DNA from: Vicugna vicugna | Lineage: Eukaryota | NCBI GenBank assembly: GCA_013265495.1 | Contig: MU057724.1 | Span: 496,001 to 560,000 of the forward strand | Direction of reading: 5' to 3' | DNA: 64,000 nt | Part shown: in pieces, positions 1-12,560 of the stretch | Numbering within the stretch: the stretch's first letter is position 1 | Layout of the letters: every line of letters begins with the position of its first letter | Position numbers and translations under genes: made by a program | The notes under the pieces: model-generated | Seen by the model: the letters and a program-made list of their open reading frames with translations, nothing else | Told to the model about the DNA's origin: nothing | Database searches by the model: none

Positions 1-1029
1 AGAGGCCACCTGGGCTGGTGCAGACACTGTGTCCCGGCTCCTTTGAGCTTCCCGCTCCCCCTGGTCGGTTTGCCTCTTTTGCCCTGACTCCGAGGGTGCC
101 GGCTCCTCGTCCAGATGTCACTCTGTGTTCAGGCAGGGGGAGGAGCAGGAGGGAGGGTCCGCCGGCTGCGCTCGCTTGTCTGAGGCAGACCGTGGCCTTC
201 CCAGTCGGCCCTGTGTGCAGTTCTGTTGCCTCCCTGCCGGCCCGGCTGTCCGGCCACAGAGCTTGCTGCTGTGAGAAGCAAGCAGAGGAAGGACTGTGGT
301 GCGTTCCAGCAGAGTTCCCGTGACTCTGTCGTTTCGGGTGCCAGTTACACAGGGATGCAAACACGGCAGTTACACATGCGTGCCTTTTCTCGCGAGGGTC
401 GTCCACAACGTGGACCTCAGCGGGCGGCCGGGGGCTCTGCGGGGTGGGCCGGGCCCCAGAGACCTGCGTTGGGAAGGGCCGCCCACGGCGGGGGGGGCGG
501 TGGCACGGCTCCGGAAGCTGGTGAGCTGGCGACTACTCACCAGGCTCTAGAAGTGCCAGATACAGCCAAAGAGTGGTTTGTTTCCCCCTGCAGCCCAGGG
601 AGGAGGGGGCATCACGTGAAGTAGCCATGTTGCGTGGCCGATGGGCTTCCCGGTGACAGTGTGTCGTGGGTCAGACGTCGGGGTCCAGGAAGTCCACCTG
701 TCCATCCCTCAGCAGCCAGGCCACACCTGAAGCCGGGTGTCTGGATTCTAAGCTCAGGCCATGTCTGTCCCAGGGCCTCCTGCTCTATCCTGCCCCCTCA
801 TCCTCCTTCCCCGTTCCTGCTCTAGGCCTGGGGACTTGGAGCAACTTGAGAGAGGGGACCTCAGGAGGAACTGCATTTCGTATCCCCTAACTCGAGGAGA
901 AGCCCTGGGAGACACCCCCGCACCCCGGCGTGTGCAGCCTGGGCCTGTGAGACTGGCCCTTCCCCCGCCGGTCTCCTCCCCGTGGGGTTCCTCGGAGCCC
1001 CCGCCTGCCCCCCAGCACCACCACCCACC

Positions 1030-1170
1030 TTTACTGTGGTGTGGCTCCTGTACAGTAAATGGCACATATTTCAGGTGTGCAGCTGGATGAACTCTGGGAG
1101 ATGTGCACACCCATGAAACCACCACCACAAGCTTCACTCCATCTGAAAGCACGCTCACTGCTCATTGCAG
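1030..1170 (-). mobile_element. Old LINE-1 (L1M-type) 3' UTR fragment, antisense
   Basis: 'tacagtaaatggcacatatttcaggtgtgcagctggatgaactctgggagatgtgcacacccatgaaaccaccaccac' resembles the reverse complement of eutherian L1MB/MC/ME 3' ends as recalled. Confidence 0.5.
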
Positions 1171-2229
1171 AACTGGTATCTTACGTGTTGTGCGTGTTTT
1201 TGTATCTATCTAGAGAGAAGTTCACAGAAGCAAATCAAAGTCAGACAAGACCCCACTGTGTGGAAGGGGTCACTCCGTTCACTTGCTGACTGAATACTAT
1301 TCCGGAACCTTCCTGTGTGTCTGAGACACGCAGCTGTAGGAGGGTCGTATCGACGTGAATAAAATGATTTTGTGTTAGGCCTGGTAGTCCTTCGATGACA
1401 GTCTGTCCTGGGCCTCCATCTGTGCTGTAAACAGCTCGGCACCGCTAGTCTTTGGTGGTTGGAGCAGGCCGCCTGCTGCATGGACGGCTCCTGCACACCC
1501 GCTCCTGCTCCCCGGGGCAGGGACCCACCGCCCGGCTTGTTCGGGTGGTCGCTATCAGAACATGTGACAGAGCTGAAACTTGGAACTGGAGCGCTCGGAA
1601 ACAGCCTCCGGAGAGAGCAATTGGGACAAGGAGTGTGTGCACACTTCCAGCGCACTTCGCGGTCTGGAGTCTCCCCAAGTCAGAGTGGAGCCTGGGGCCG
1701 CCAGGCTGGGGCACGGCAGCGCGATGGGACTGGACTCAGCGACCCCGAGGACCCGTTTCGTGCATCTGCTTCCATTCGTGTTTGTGTCAGGCTGACGTCA
1801 GATGCCACACGCGGAGCTGTGGGGCCCGGTATTTGCACTCTGCTCCCCTGGTTTTCCTGGGGATGGAAAAGCCACTGTCAACACAGGGCGTGGGCTCAGC
1901 TCAGAGAGGCCAGAGCGGGCGTGGGGGTAGGCGGTGCACCAGCCCCGACCGCCGGCGCGGGGGCAGCTCTGTGGCTCAGGAGCACCCCCTCCTGGGTGGT
2001 GGGGATGCGGGAGCCCTGGGCGCAGAGGGGAGGCAGGCAAGCACTGGTACACGAGGGTTTCTGGGGAAAGACTTTCAGAAGAAAGGCTCTGGGTCCCCAG
2101 AGCTCACTTACCTTGTTGTGATTTCTTGTTCTGGTAAAATTTCAGCGTAACTTTATATTGTAACTGTGTGTTCCTTTTCCTAACAAAGGGCTCCCACCTG
2201 CCTAACATTTTGAGCCTGGAGCCCGCACA

Positions 2230-2800
2230 CGACATTTGGTCCGAGCCGTCGTGACACGCTGTGCTCCAGGGGGCCGGTTCCGACAGCCTGACCGCGCGTG
2301 GCGCCTCCCGGGCCCTCAGGGTCCACACCGTCAGCAGCAGCCTGTGCGTGCTGCTCCAGAGGGTGAACCCCCAGGAAGAGCCCTTTTCCTGAGCCTGCCG
2401 GGGGGTGCAGTGCTGCCGAGAGCCCCACCTGCGGGCCCGTGCTGCCCCCACCCGGGTCGGGCCTGTCGCCCGGCTGGCCCGGGCACCCTGATCCTCGGGG
2501 CGCCGCAGTGCGGGCCGGGCTCCGTGGGTCTGACGTAGGAGCCTGGGTCCCTGGAAGCTGGAGTCTGTGCTGTGGACGAGGTCGCGGCCGAGGCTGCTGG
2601 GCTGGCCCCCAGCCCTGGGCCTCAGACCGGAAGAGGGCAACGCCGAGTCCTCCTCGCAGGACGAAGCCCACGCCCCGCGGGCGCAGAGGTCCTGCACAGA
2701 CGGCCCTGCCCCTGCGTCGTCCTCCCCGCACGAGGACGCAGCACCGCCCGCAGGGCAGTCGGCACCTCAGCGGTCCGGGGCTCTTCTGAAGCCTTCGCAC
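2230..2800. other. CpG-dense GC-rich segment (weak CpG-island-like)
   Basis: Visibly high CpG density. No reading frame in it resembles a known protein. Confidence 0.4.
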
Positions 2801-3860
2801 AGCGTGTGCTTAAAACAAATAGTGAAATAGTCGTCTCCTTTAAGACAGAAGTGACGTTCTCTGCAGGCCTCTCCTGCTCCCAGAGCGACTCTTATGCTCG
2901 GTGAGCTTGGTTCAGTTTGAAAGGGAAAGAAGCCAGAATTTCAGACCTGTCCCCCATCCCGCCGTGGAGGCCCTTGCTTGCCGAGTGAACGCACCTCTGC
3001 CTGAAGACAGCTGCTCTCAGACGCGTGTCCGGGACGGCCGGCTCCTGCGGCGGATGCTTGGCTCTGAGGCACATTGTCAGGCCTGCCTTCCCACGTATGC
3101 ACTCGGGGCTGCCTGCCAGACAGTCCTAAAGTCCCTCAGGGCTTTGTCCCTCGGGAGAGTAAAGAGCGGGTGAGTGACTGCAGCCTCCATCCGCCTGGCG
3201 CCTTGGATGTGCAGGCGGGGAGGAGGTGGCCCCTCTCTGGATGGGGGTTCACGGGCCTGCATTTTTATCAGCCGCAGGCTCGCAGCCCCCTCCTCCGGGA
3301 TGGTCGTTCCCTGACTTGCCGGAGTCTTCCTGAACTTTCAGCTCCACCCTCGGTGACCCTGCTGCCCGAGCCCAGAGCTCGGCGCCAGACTGACCCACTC
3401 CCGCGACGCCAGACCTGGGGCCCCTGAGGGGGGATCTCAGGCTTCCCTCGCCCCCTCCCCGGGAAACCTCAGAGGTCTGCATACTGAGGCCGCTGGCCTT
3501 GCAGGGGCTGAGACAGAGACGCCCCCAAGTCCTGGGTGGCCCCCCAGCCTCAGTGCTGGGCTGCGGTTTGGTGGACAGAAGGTTAGGTTCTGTTCAGCTG
3601 CGGTGGCGGCCAGCTTTTCTTCCCTCCTGTTTTCAATGTAGCCAAGGCCTCTGTTTTCACAAATTATGGTACATAAATTACTGAGAAAACTAAGTAAAAA
3701 ACAAGGGCATACCAAGGACAACTTGAGTCGTTTGTCTTCAGAGCCAGCACACGTGTGACAGACTGCTGCGAGGCTTCTCAGTGTTTCCTCTCCGTTTCTG
3801 CTGCAGGCCACGCACTGCCGTTGTGTGACCGCCTCCTCCTGAGTCGTGCAGGGTCCTGGA

Positions 3861-3910
3861 GTGTGTATATGTGTGTGTACGTGTGAGTGTGTGTGAGTGT
3901 GTGCACGTGA
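3861..3910. repeat. Degenerate (GT)n low-complexity tract
   Basis: gtgtgtatatgtgtgtgtacgtgtgagtgtgtgtgagtgtgtgcacgtg. Confidence 0.8.
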
Positions 3911-5776
3911 GGGGAGGGGCACTTCGGCTGGGCGGGGAGGAGCCCGTGTGGGACGCGTGGGTCTGTGTAACTGGTGCCTGCAGTGACACACACCCGGGGC
4001 AGGTGCACACAGAAAGTCCTGGGAACAGACCAGGCAGCCGGGCCAGGAGACTGAGCAGGGCGCCTGCGCCATGGCTGCACCCAGCGCGACGGGCCGTGTG
4101 CAGGCCCAGGCCAGATGGGTGTCCCCAGCCCGTCCTCCCAGCCCTGAGAGGACGGTTCGTCAGCCCTGTTTTATGGCCAGGACACTCAAAACCCTGAGCA
4201 CGTGCCCAGGAGGCAGGGCCGGAACCGAGCCATTCACTGTGGCCCCAGGAACGCCTGCTCCTTTGAGACGAGTGTCGTGTTGACTCTTGTTGGAAGAGGG
4301 TCAACTGGAGGGGTACTTTCCAGGCCCGCCCTGGTGGTGTGATCTAATTATAGGTGAATTATCTGGGTAAACATTTTGTAACTGCTCAGTGTTGTCCAAG
4401 CATGTCCTTCTTTGCAGGAATTGGCAGGCAGCGGCCACTAGGATGTTTTTAGTGTTCCTTGTCTATTTAAATGAGATGAAAAATATTTTCTGAAATTTTT
4501 TACTTGACCTGGACTGGAGGCTCTGTTTTCCATCTTCTGGAAGCTTCTGGACTGTGCAGCGTCCTCTTAAGACCCTCTTAGAAACCTGCTTTCACTCCAG
4601 GTCAGCCAGTGGGTCCCCCGTGAGAAGTCCAGGCTCTCTCTGGTGGGCACTCAGCCCACCCTGGACGGCGGTGCTGGAGGGGCTTCTCCGGACTTGTCTG
4701 GTCGCCGTGGCAGCTGGCCGCCCCCCGTCTGGACATCTGGAACTCCTCACTGAAGAGGAGAGAGGGTTAGATGTTTCCAAGATTTTTATCTGCTGAGTAA
4801 TCCATCCTCTGGACCTTCGGCTAATCTTGATTGTGAAGTGATCACGTTTGATCTCCTGCGTGCTCAGCCTCATCCTGTTGACGATGGTGCTCTGGTTGTG
4901 ATGATTTATTGGCTGTGATAAATCCCTAGCTATGCCTTGAATCTTCGATTCTTGATGAGTACTTGGTCAGTTGGTGGATGGATGTTCTTATAAAGCTTAC
5001 TGGTGAGAGAGTCCACGTGTGAGATCATGAGTGTGGGCAGAATTGTCGATTCGAGGTGAAGTGGCTCAGGGGGCACCACTGTGTTTTCCAGTTTGTTAGT
5101 GGGAAACTATTTTGTCCGTTTTTTAGTGCTTGGTACAGAAAAGGACTGACGAATGGTGGGTGCTGTTACCACGAGTGTGTTTGGGGTGAAACGGGACTTC
5201 TTTATCTCCCCAGTGCCCCAGTGGACAGCGTTTTCCTGAGGGAAAGAGCCTCTGCTCCAGAAGTGTGACGCTGTCCTGGTCTGCCTCCAGACACTGAAGA
5301 TGTTCTGTGGCCGAAATTTGCTGCAAAGTGTTCCACGCTCTGGGAAGGAGGCGATACTTCTCTTGTAAAACAGACCGTGCTTTCCAGAGCTAGGGGTTTC
5401 CTCCTGTCAAAGGAAGCAGTGGCAAACGGTCACCCGCCTCTCTGATCACAGCCCGCGCCCGCGGCCCCTGCTCCCTGCACTGCTGCGGGCGGGGCCTGGG
5501 GACCCGGTGCGACACCCTTTTGAGAGTGCTGTGCCCCCAACCTCGGTCGCCGGCCCCCAGGCTGGTCGCCTGCTACAAAGGCAGGTGCTGTCACCTCGGC
5601 TGTGTCGGGAGGCGGGTCACGCCCTGCCCACCACCCCCTCCTTTCTGCCATCTGTCAGGCTGGTGCCCGTCCTTCTTCCTTACTTGGATCCCGAGTTCTG
5701 GGTTGAAGGCAGGGGCTTCACAGGGGAGGAGGATGCGTGAACAGCAGGTGGGTGGAGGCCTGGGGAGGCAGGCAGA

Positions 5777-5797
5777 GGGGGGAGGGGCGGGGAGGGG
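5777..5797 (+). other. Strong G-quadruplex motif
   Basis: GGGGGG-A-GGGG-C-GGGG-A-GGGG: four runs of at least 4 G with 1-nt loops. Confidence 0.7.
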
Positions 5798-7799
5798 CTC
5801 TTACTCTGGTGACGTGGAGGGCCGTGTCCCTTGCCGCTGTCCCTCAGGTCCAGAGCCGTGGTCAGTAGTCAGGAAATGCATCCCAGCCCTCGTGCCTGGT
5901 GCCTGCGTGGCCAGCGGGGGCCCTGGGGCGTCATGCGGCTGTGTCCCCCGCCCCACCCCCACCCGGCCCCGTCTCCAGAACCTCGGCTGCTCGGGGGCCA
6001 GGCCGCCCTCGGGGGAGGGGAGGTGCCTGGCATGCGGCTCAGCCCAGATCTGCAGTATCAGCAGCTCCTCATCGGTCGGGGACCAGAGCCAGCTCTCAAA
6101 CAAGCATTTCCTGCGCCCGCGTGTGTGCTGAGCTGCCTCTGTTTACGAAGGCCATGTCAGCGGCACCGATTTACATAAACAGTGCTGGCCGGACGCTGCG
6201 CCGTCCGCAGAGCGGCTGAGCACAGACGGCATCCCACGGTCTTAAGTCATGCTGTCTAAACACAGCAGACGTTGGTGAAGCGAGCCAACGGGAAGTACAG
6301 CAAAGGAGAGCATTGCAGGGGGCTTGGTTCAGATGCACTCCAGATTGACCAAACGCTACGCCATTAGCGGGCTGGACCCTGCAGTGTCACACTGGGCGCC
6401 CACAGAGTGAGCTTCCAGGCGGTGGAGGCGCTGGCCGAGTGCAGGTTGCCTGTGGGTGCGGTGGCTCCGGCGTGTGGCCCCGTCACCTGCCGGGCTGTGT
6501 ACTGGCACGTGCTGCCGAGTGGCGGCCTCAGTCCTGGGCTCACGGAGACGCAGAGCCCGCCCGCTGGGGAGGCCCGTGTCCACTCTTCCTCTGGGCCACG
6601 TGGGTCCTCAGGCAGCAGCCGTCCCAGCATGGGACGCGGTCTTGTCCCCGTGGGCCGAGCGACTGATGTGGAACTTCTCATAAGTGTGATTCAGGGAATC
6701 AGATGTGACAGCCCAAGGGGTGTGACTGCAGGTGGTGGACGAGGACTTGGTGAGTTCTCACGCTTTATACTGGCCACCAGGAAGAACCTTTCAAAGGGTT
6801 TTGGCAAAATCCTGCCAATGAGTCATTCAGATCAGACCGGAATGAGCAGCGGGGGCAACGCCTTCCATCGTGAGGGATGACGCAATCCGCGTGGGTGCGG
6901 GAGTGAGCCTTCGTACTGGGGTCCCAGAAAGCGGTGGGGCAGAGTATTGCACCTCTGCCTTTAGACGAACACCTGGGCTCAGGGAAGGAGCCTTTGGCAT
7001 GAGCTGTGAGTGCCGTGGAGCCCGGGGGGCTCTGGACTGGTGACCCCTGGGGGCACGGGCACACGTAGTGCAGGGAGCCCCAGGGTCCTTCCTGGGATTC
7101 TGTGGTCCGAGCGCGGCCGGCGGCTGGAGCAGGCCTGGGCTCAGCCGCCCTCAGTGCTGGGGCGGCCCGTGTGCTTAAGGGGCTTCCCGCTGCCATGTGG
7201 TCTTTATGTCCATATGTGAAATGGCAACATCAGCACTCATGGCACTGGGTTGCTTTAAAGACTCAAACTCCACAGAGCTCTTAAACCAGAGCGGATCACA
7301 CGGTAAATACCCTGGAAATGCAGCTGCCACGGTTGTGGCTGAGACTGTGGCTCTGTTTCTCACCAAGTCACTCGACCAGCCTTGGTCAGGGGGCGGATCA
7401 GCGCTGTCAGGAACTCCTGGTGGCCGGCGATCATCTGAAGTCCTTCTAGCTGACGGAGGGCTGAGTCTGGGGGCAGAGACTACCACCTGGGTGTGGAGCC
7501 CTGACCACAGCAGGGACGGGAGACGGGACTCACTCCTTTGGACTCCTGCCCTCAGACAGCGCGTGGAGCACTGCTCCTCTGCAGAGGGGAGGAGGGGCCA
7601 GTTCTACAGATGTTGGTGTTTGATGCAACGGCACATTCAGGTCCATGCTGTAGGTGGGGAAAGAAAGACCAGAGAGGCCCAGTGACTTCTCCAAGGTCAC
7701 AAGGCTGGGCTCGGCTCCCGTCTGCACTGCCTTTTTCAGGTGGACTTCAGTGGTCTCTGAGCCAAGGAGCCGCTCGCTCCGCTGCTGGCAGGAAAGGCC

Positions 7800-10700
7800 A
7801 TGGGGTTTCTCCCAAGCAGGTGACGGGTTCAGTAGCTTTCGCAGTGTTGTCAGAAATCAGCTGGATGTGATGTGTGAGTGTACGCCTGGGTTCTTCGGCC
7901 TGCCCCCGTGGTCTGTGTGTCTGTCCCTTCACCACCACCACACGGCCTTGCTCACTGTGTGTGCAAGTCCTAACATTGGAGCCTGATTCCTCCCACCTCA
8001 GTCTGTTCCAAGACTGTAGCTGTTCTAGTTCTTTTGTCATTTCATATACATTTTTGAATGACTTTGTTTATATCTACAAAAATCTTGCTGAAATTATAAT
8101 GAGGTCTTCAATATTTGAGTCTTCCAGTCCACGAACACCATTTATCTCTGTTTATTTAAATTATCTTTGATTTCTTCATCAGCATTTGTAATTTCTCTCC
8201 TACAAGTATGTTCTGTTACAAGTATTCATCTGTTTGTGACCGGTCACAAACGGTATTTATAATCTAAGGACCCAGGTGTTTATTGTTACTGTACAGAAGT
8301 ACAACTGATTTCTCTGTGCTTCATTCTCTGTCCAGTGGCCTTGCTGAGCTCACATGTCAGCTCCAGGACGCTTTTGCTTTCCTTCGGACTCACTGAGCTT
8401 GCCTGTGTAGGCCGTCACGTGCTCCGCAAGCGGGCACAGTCTTACGCTTCCTGCCCTGGTCTGTGCACCCGTCAGTTCCCTTCTCCTGCCGTGTCGCACT
8501 GGCTCGAGCTCCCAGCACCGTGCTGAGGAAGAGTGGGCATCTGTGTCTTGCTCGCTGTCTCGGGAGGCAAGAGCTCGTTCACCGCGAGGTGTGGTGTTAG
8601 GGTTTTGCGGTTGTTCTGTAACAAGTAGAGGCAGTTTCTATTTTTGTCTTTCTGAGATTAAAACAGATCGTGAATGGGTACTGAATTTTACCAACTGGCT
8701 TTTCTGTATACAATCAGGTGATTTTCTTGATTAGTCTGTGAATATGGTGGATCGCAACGATTACATTTAAAAGTACTGAACCAGCTTTGCATCCTTGAAT
8801 TAAAACCCACTTGTCATTGTGTGTAGTTCTTTTTACGTATTGCAGAATTCTGTTTGCTAGTACTTTTAAAGGATTTTTACGCTTACATTCATAGGAGATG
8901 TTAGGCTGTGGTTTTCTTCAGTGGCGTTTGTCTGGTTTTGAACTTAGACGTGTCCCCCTCCCTTCTGGGATGGTTATGTAGAACTGGTAGTAATTCTGCT
9001 TTAGGTACTTGGCAGGTTCTGCAGTGGCACCGCGGGGACCTGAGGTTTCTTTTCTGGGAGTTGCTATTTATAAATCAGATTTTCTTAATAGTCACAGAGT
9101 ATTTAGAGGATTTACTTCGTATTGAGTGAGTTGTGGTAGCTTGTGTTTTTCGAGGAATTGCCCCACTTCATCTCACTTGCCACATGCGTGTCTGCAGGGC
9201 TGCAGTCTCCTTGGGTGTCTGTGGGGAGGGGGACCCCTGGTTCCTTCCCGGTAGCGCTGTTGGTGCTTCCTTCCTTTCTTCTTTAAAAGTTTTGCTGGAG
9301 GTCTGTTAGTTTTGTTGATCTTGTCAACATACCAGCTCTGTTCACTGATGTCATCTATTATTTAAAAAATTTTCATTGATTTCTGCTTTTATCATTATTC
9401 TTTCTTTTCCGCTGCTTGCTTTCAGTTTATTTTGTTCTTTCCTAGGTTCTTGAGGTGAGAGATTAAACTATTGGTTTGGAACGTTCCTTTTTTCAAATGT
9501 ATGTGTCTAGTTAACATCTGTTTCCTTTCTGGCACTGGTTTGGTTGTGTCCCACAAATTTTGATATGTTGTATTTTCAGTTTCATTGGGTTCAATGTATT
9601 TTTAAAATTTCCTTGAAATCCTTTTTGACCCATGGGCTTTTAGAAGTGTTACAGGGCTTTTAGTTTCCAAGTGTTTGGCTCTTTTTGTGTTAATGATCTC
9701 TGGTTTGCAAACATTGGGGTCACAAAATGTGTGATTTCAATTCTTTAAAGTTTGTTGAAGTTTTGTAAATGGCACACAGGCTGTGGTCTCTCCTGGTGTG
9801 TCTTCTCTGGGTCCTTGGAAGACCTGTGTTCCGTTGTTGTGGGGCGGAGACTTCTGCAAGCAGTGCTTAGAACCTGTGTGTTAGTGGTGACCTTAGTATC
9901 TTCCACGTCTTTGCGGATTTTCTAATTGTTTTAACGATTGCTGAGAAACAGGTGTTGAAGCCCCCAACTGTGAGCATGGATTGCTTATGTCTTCTCCCAG
10001 CTCTGTCTGTTTTTCTTCACATATTTGTGGCTGTGTTGTTTGGTGCACACACGTTTACAGTTTCCTTGTCTTCCTGGTGGAATGACCCTTTTATCATTAT
10101 GTAATGTCCTTCTTTGTCTCTGGTGACTTTCTTCGCTCTGAAGCCCACTTTGTTAGAAATCAGTATAGTCACTCCCGCGGTCCTTTGGTTCATGTTTGCC
10201 TGATACATTTTTGTACTTCCTTTTACTGTCAATGTGATTGCGCCGTTAGTTTGAAGTGAGTGTCTTGTAGACGGCGTATGGCTGAGTTACGTTTAGACCG
10301 TTTGTATTTAATGTACTTATTAGTATCTTAGGGGTTAAGACTGTCGTTATATTTTTGGGTTCCTGTTTGTTTTCCCTGTTCTGGAGTTCTTGGCTTCCTT
10401 TCACATTCCTTCCTGTGGCTCCCTGAACATTTGCTGAGACTTGTGTTTTGATCACCAGTAGTGGCTTTGAGTGTGTCTCTTTATGTGGCGTTTTCAGTGT
10501 TCTGCTCCATGGGACACATGTCATGGCTTTTCATAGGCCACTGTGCTGTCATTTTGCCAGTTGGAATGACTTGTAGAAACTGTACTTCCAGCCCCACAGC
10601 CTCCCATTTTTATAGTACAGTTACCTTCACTGTTTCCTCCGTATGTGTTTAGAACCATATCAGACTGTTAAAATTTTTGCTTCAACTGTATAATAGAAAA

Positions 10701-12560
10701 ACGCAACATGCTATGACATACTCAACAGGAGAAGAGTTCACTGTCTTTTCCCACATTTGTGCTTTGTTTGTTCTTTCTTCCTTCCTGAGGTCCCAAGATT
10801 CCCTCTTTTAACATTTCCTTTCTGTTTAGAGAAATTCCACTACCATTCTTTTAGTGCAGGCCTGCTGATGACGACTGCTCTTAGCTTTCCTTCATCTGAG
10901 GACCTTGTGGTCCCCCTTTCATTCCTCAAGGACTTTGTCACTGGGTGTAGAGTTCCCATTCGACTCTTCTTTTCTCTTAGCTCTTGAATCACCTGGTGAT
11001 TCTTCTGAACTCCTCTCCCCACTGAGAACTCTATGATCACGTGGCTTCCTTCCCACTACAGGTGGGTGTGGACTTTCTCTGAATTCTTTCAAGGATTTTC
11101 TTCACCTTAGTTTTCACAAGTTTAATTACAAGAGGTCTTGGTGTTGACTTCTTTGGGTTTATCTTGTTTGGGATTCACTTAGTCTCTTGAATCTGTCAGC
11201 TGTGTCTTTTGCTAATGTGAGAAGTTTTTAGCAATTTTTTTGGGGGGGTAGTTTCAGACCCACCCATTTTCTTCTCCTACCAAGACTCTGGTGACACAAA
11301 TGTTAGAGTCTTTGCTATAGTCTGAGGCTCTGGGTATCACATTTTTTCAGTCTAATTTCTCTGTTATCCAGATTGGCTAAATTCTATCGATCTCTTCTCT
11401 GGTCCTGATTCCTTCCTCTGTGCCTTCTGTTTTGCTGTTGAGCATGTTCATTGAGTTTTTTAATTTCAGTTACATTTTTCAGTTCTAAAATTCCCATGTG
11501 GTTCTTCTTTCTTCTATTTCTTGCTGAGACGTTCTGTCTCTTTGCTGAGACTCTGTTTTTTATTGTTTCAAGTGCGTTGTTATTGCTCATTGAAGTGTTT
11601 TTATGTTGGCTGCTCTACAGTGTGTCAGATCGTTCTGCCAAGTGCCTCCTCAGTGCTGGCATCTGTAGGTTGTCCTTTTCCATCCAGTTTGAGATCCTCC
11701 TGGTTTTTGGTATGACGAGTGAATTCAGGTTGGAACCTATACATGGCTTATTACGTTGTGAGACCTCTGCCTTTCGTTTGCTTCCTCTGGCGCTGCCCCA
11801 GTGTGGGGAGGAGGGCGCCTCCTTGTGATTCCCTGGGCGGGGTGGGGGTGGGGGTGAAGTCCTGGTTCCCCACTCCCCGGACACCGACAGGGAGCCCCTC
11901 ATTGCCTGGGGGAGGATTGGGAGTTCTGATCCCACCGGGCCTCCATGACTGTCCCTGGCTGTGAGGGGAGGGACCGCCCCCGCGTGTGCCCTGCACTGAC
12001 GCCGTGGCGGGCGGCTTGGCTACTGCTGGGCTGTGCTGAAAACCCTGACAGCCCCCTGGGCCTCCTCTGGCCCCACCCCTGCTGGCAGAGGGAGGGCCCC
12101 CTTACCGCCAGGTGGGGTGCAAGTTCAGGCTTCCCATTGGTCTCCCCTGACACCCATGTGGGGGCTGGGGTCACGGGGCACCTCAGGGCGGGAGAGGGGA
12201 CAGTGCAGCTCTGCGTCGCCTTTGCTGGCTTGGCGTGGGGGAGGGACGTGGTTTTCCTGCAACGCTGGCTGGAGCACAGTCGTATTTTCTGAAGCTTCTC
12301 TGTCTTGCAGGGCCGCCTTTCTCCTGGTCTGTTGCCCAGAGACAGCAGCTCGGTCTGTGCCCGTTGGCGTTTCCAGCCCTGTCTGTGACACACGGGCCGG
12401 AGGAGAACCCGGGGACTCACGCGTGTCATCCCTCGGGTCTGAGGTCACGGCCAGTCTGGCCTCTCCTCTCCCTTCCCTGGGTTTTACATCAGTGCCCAGT
12501 GGCTCTGCTGTTGTTTGGGGAGTCGTGGAGAAGGACACACCTACTCCGTCTTCCCAGGAG
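7800..12560 (-). mobile_element. Ancient, internally deleted LINE-1 (L1M4/L1MC-like) with 5' region, ORF1, endonuclease and part of ORF2
   Basis: Minus ORF 10017-10232 (KMYQANMNQRTAGVTILISNKVGFRAKKVTRDKEGHYIMIKGSFHQED...VNVCAPNN) is the L1 ORF2 APE endonuclease N-terminus. Minus ORF 11384-11590 (KKNHMGILELKNVTEIKK) is the ORF1 coiled coil. The plus strand is T-rich, typical of antisense L1. 11700-12560 resembles the L1M 5' region, ending 'cctactccgtcttcccaggagcc'. Many stops and frameshifts. Confidence 0.9.

Noticed and set aside
2189-2254. Possible plus-strand terminal exon (ttccttttcctaacaaag|GSHLPNILSLEPAHDIWSEPS*)
   Set aside because: Peptide not recognised, no upstream partner exon or nearby polyA signal found, and it overlaps an equally plausible minus-strand splice unit.
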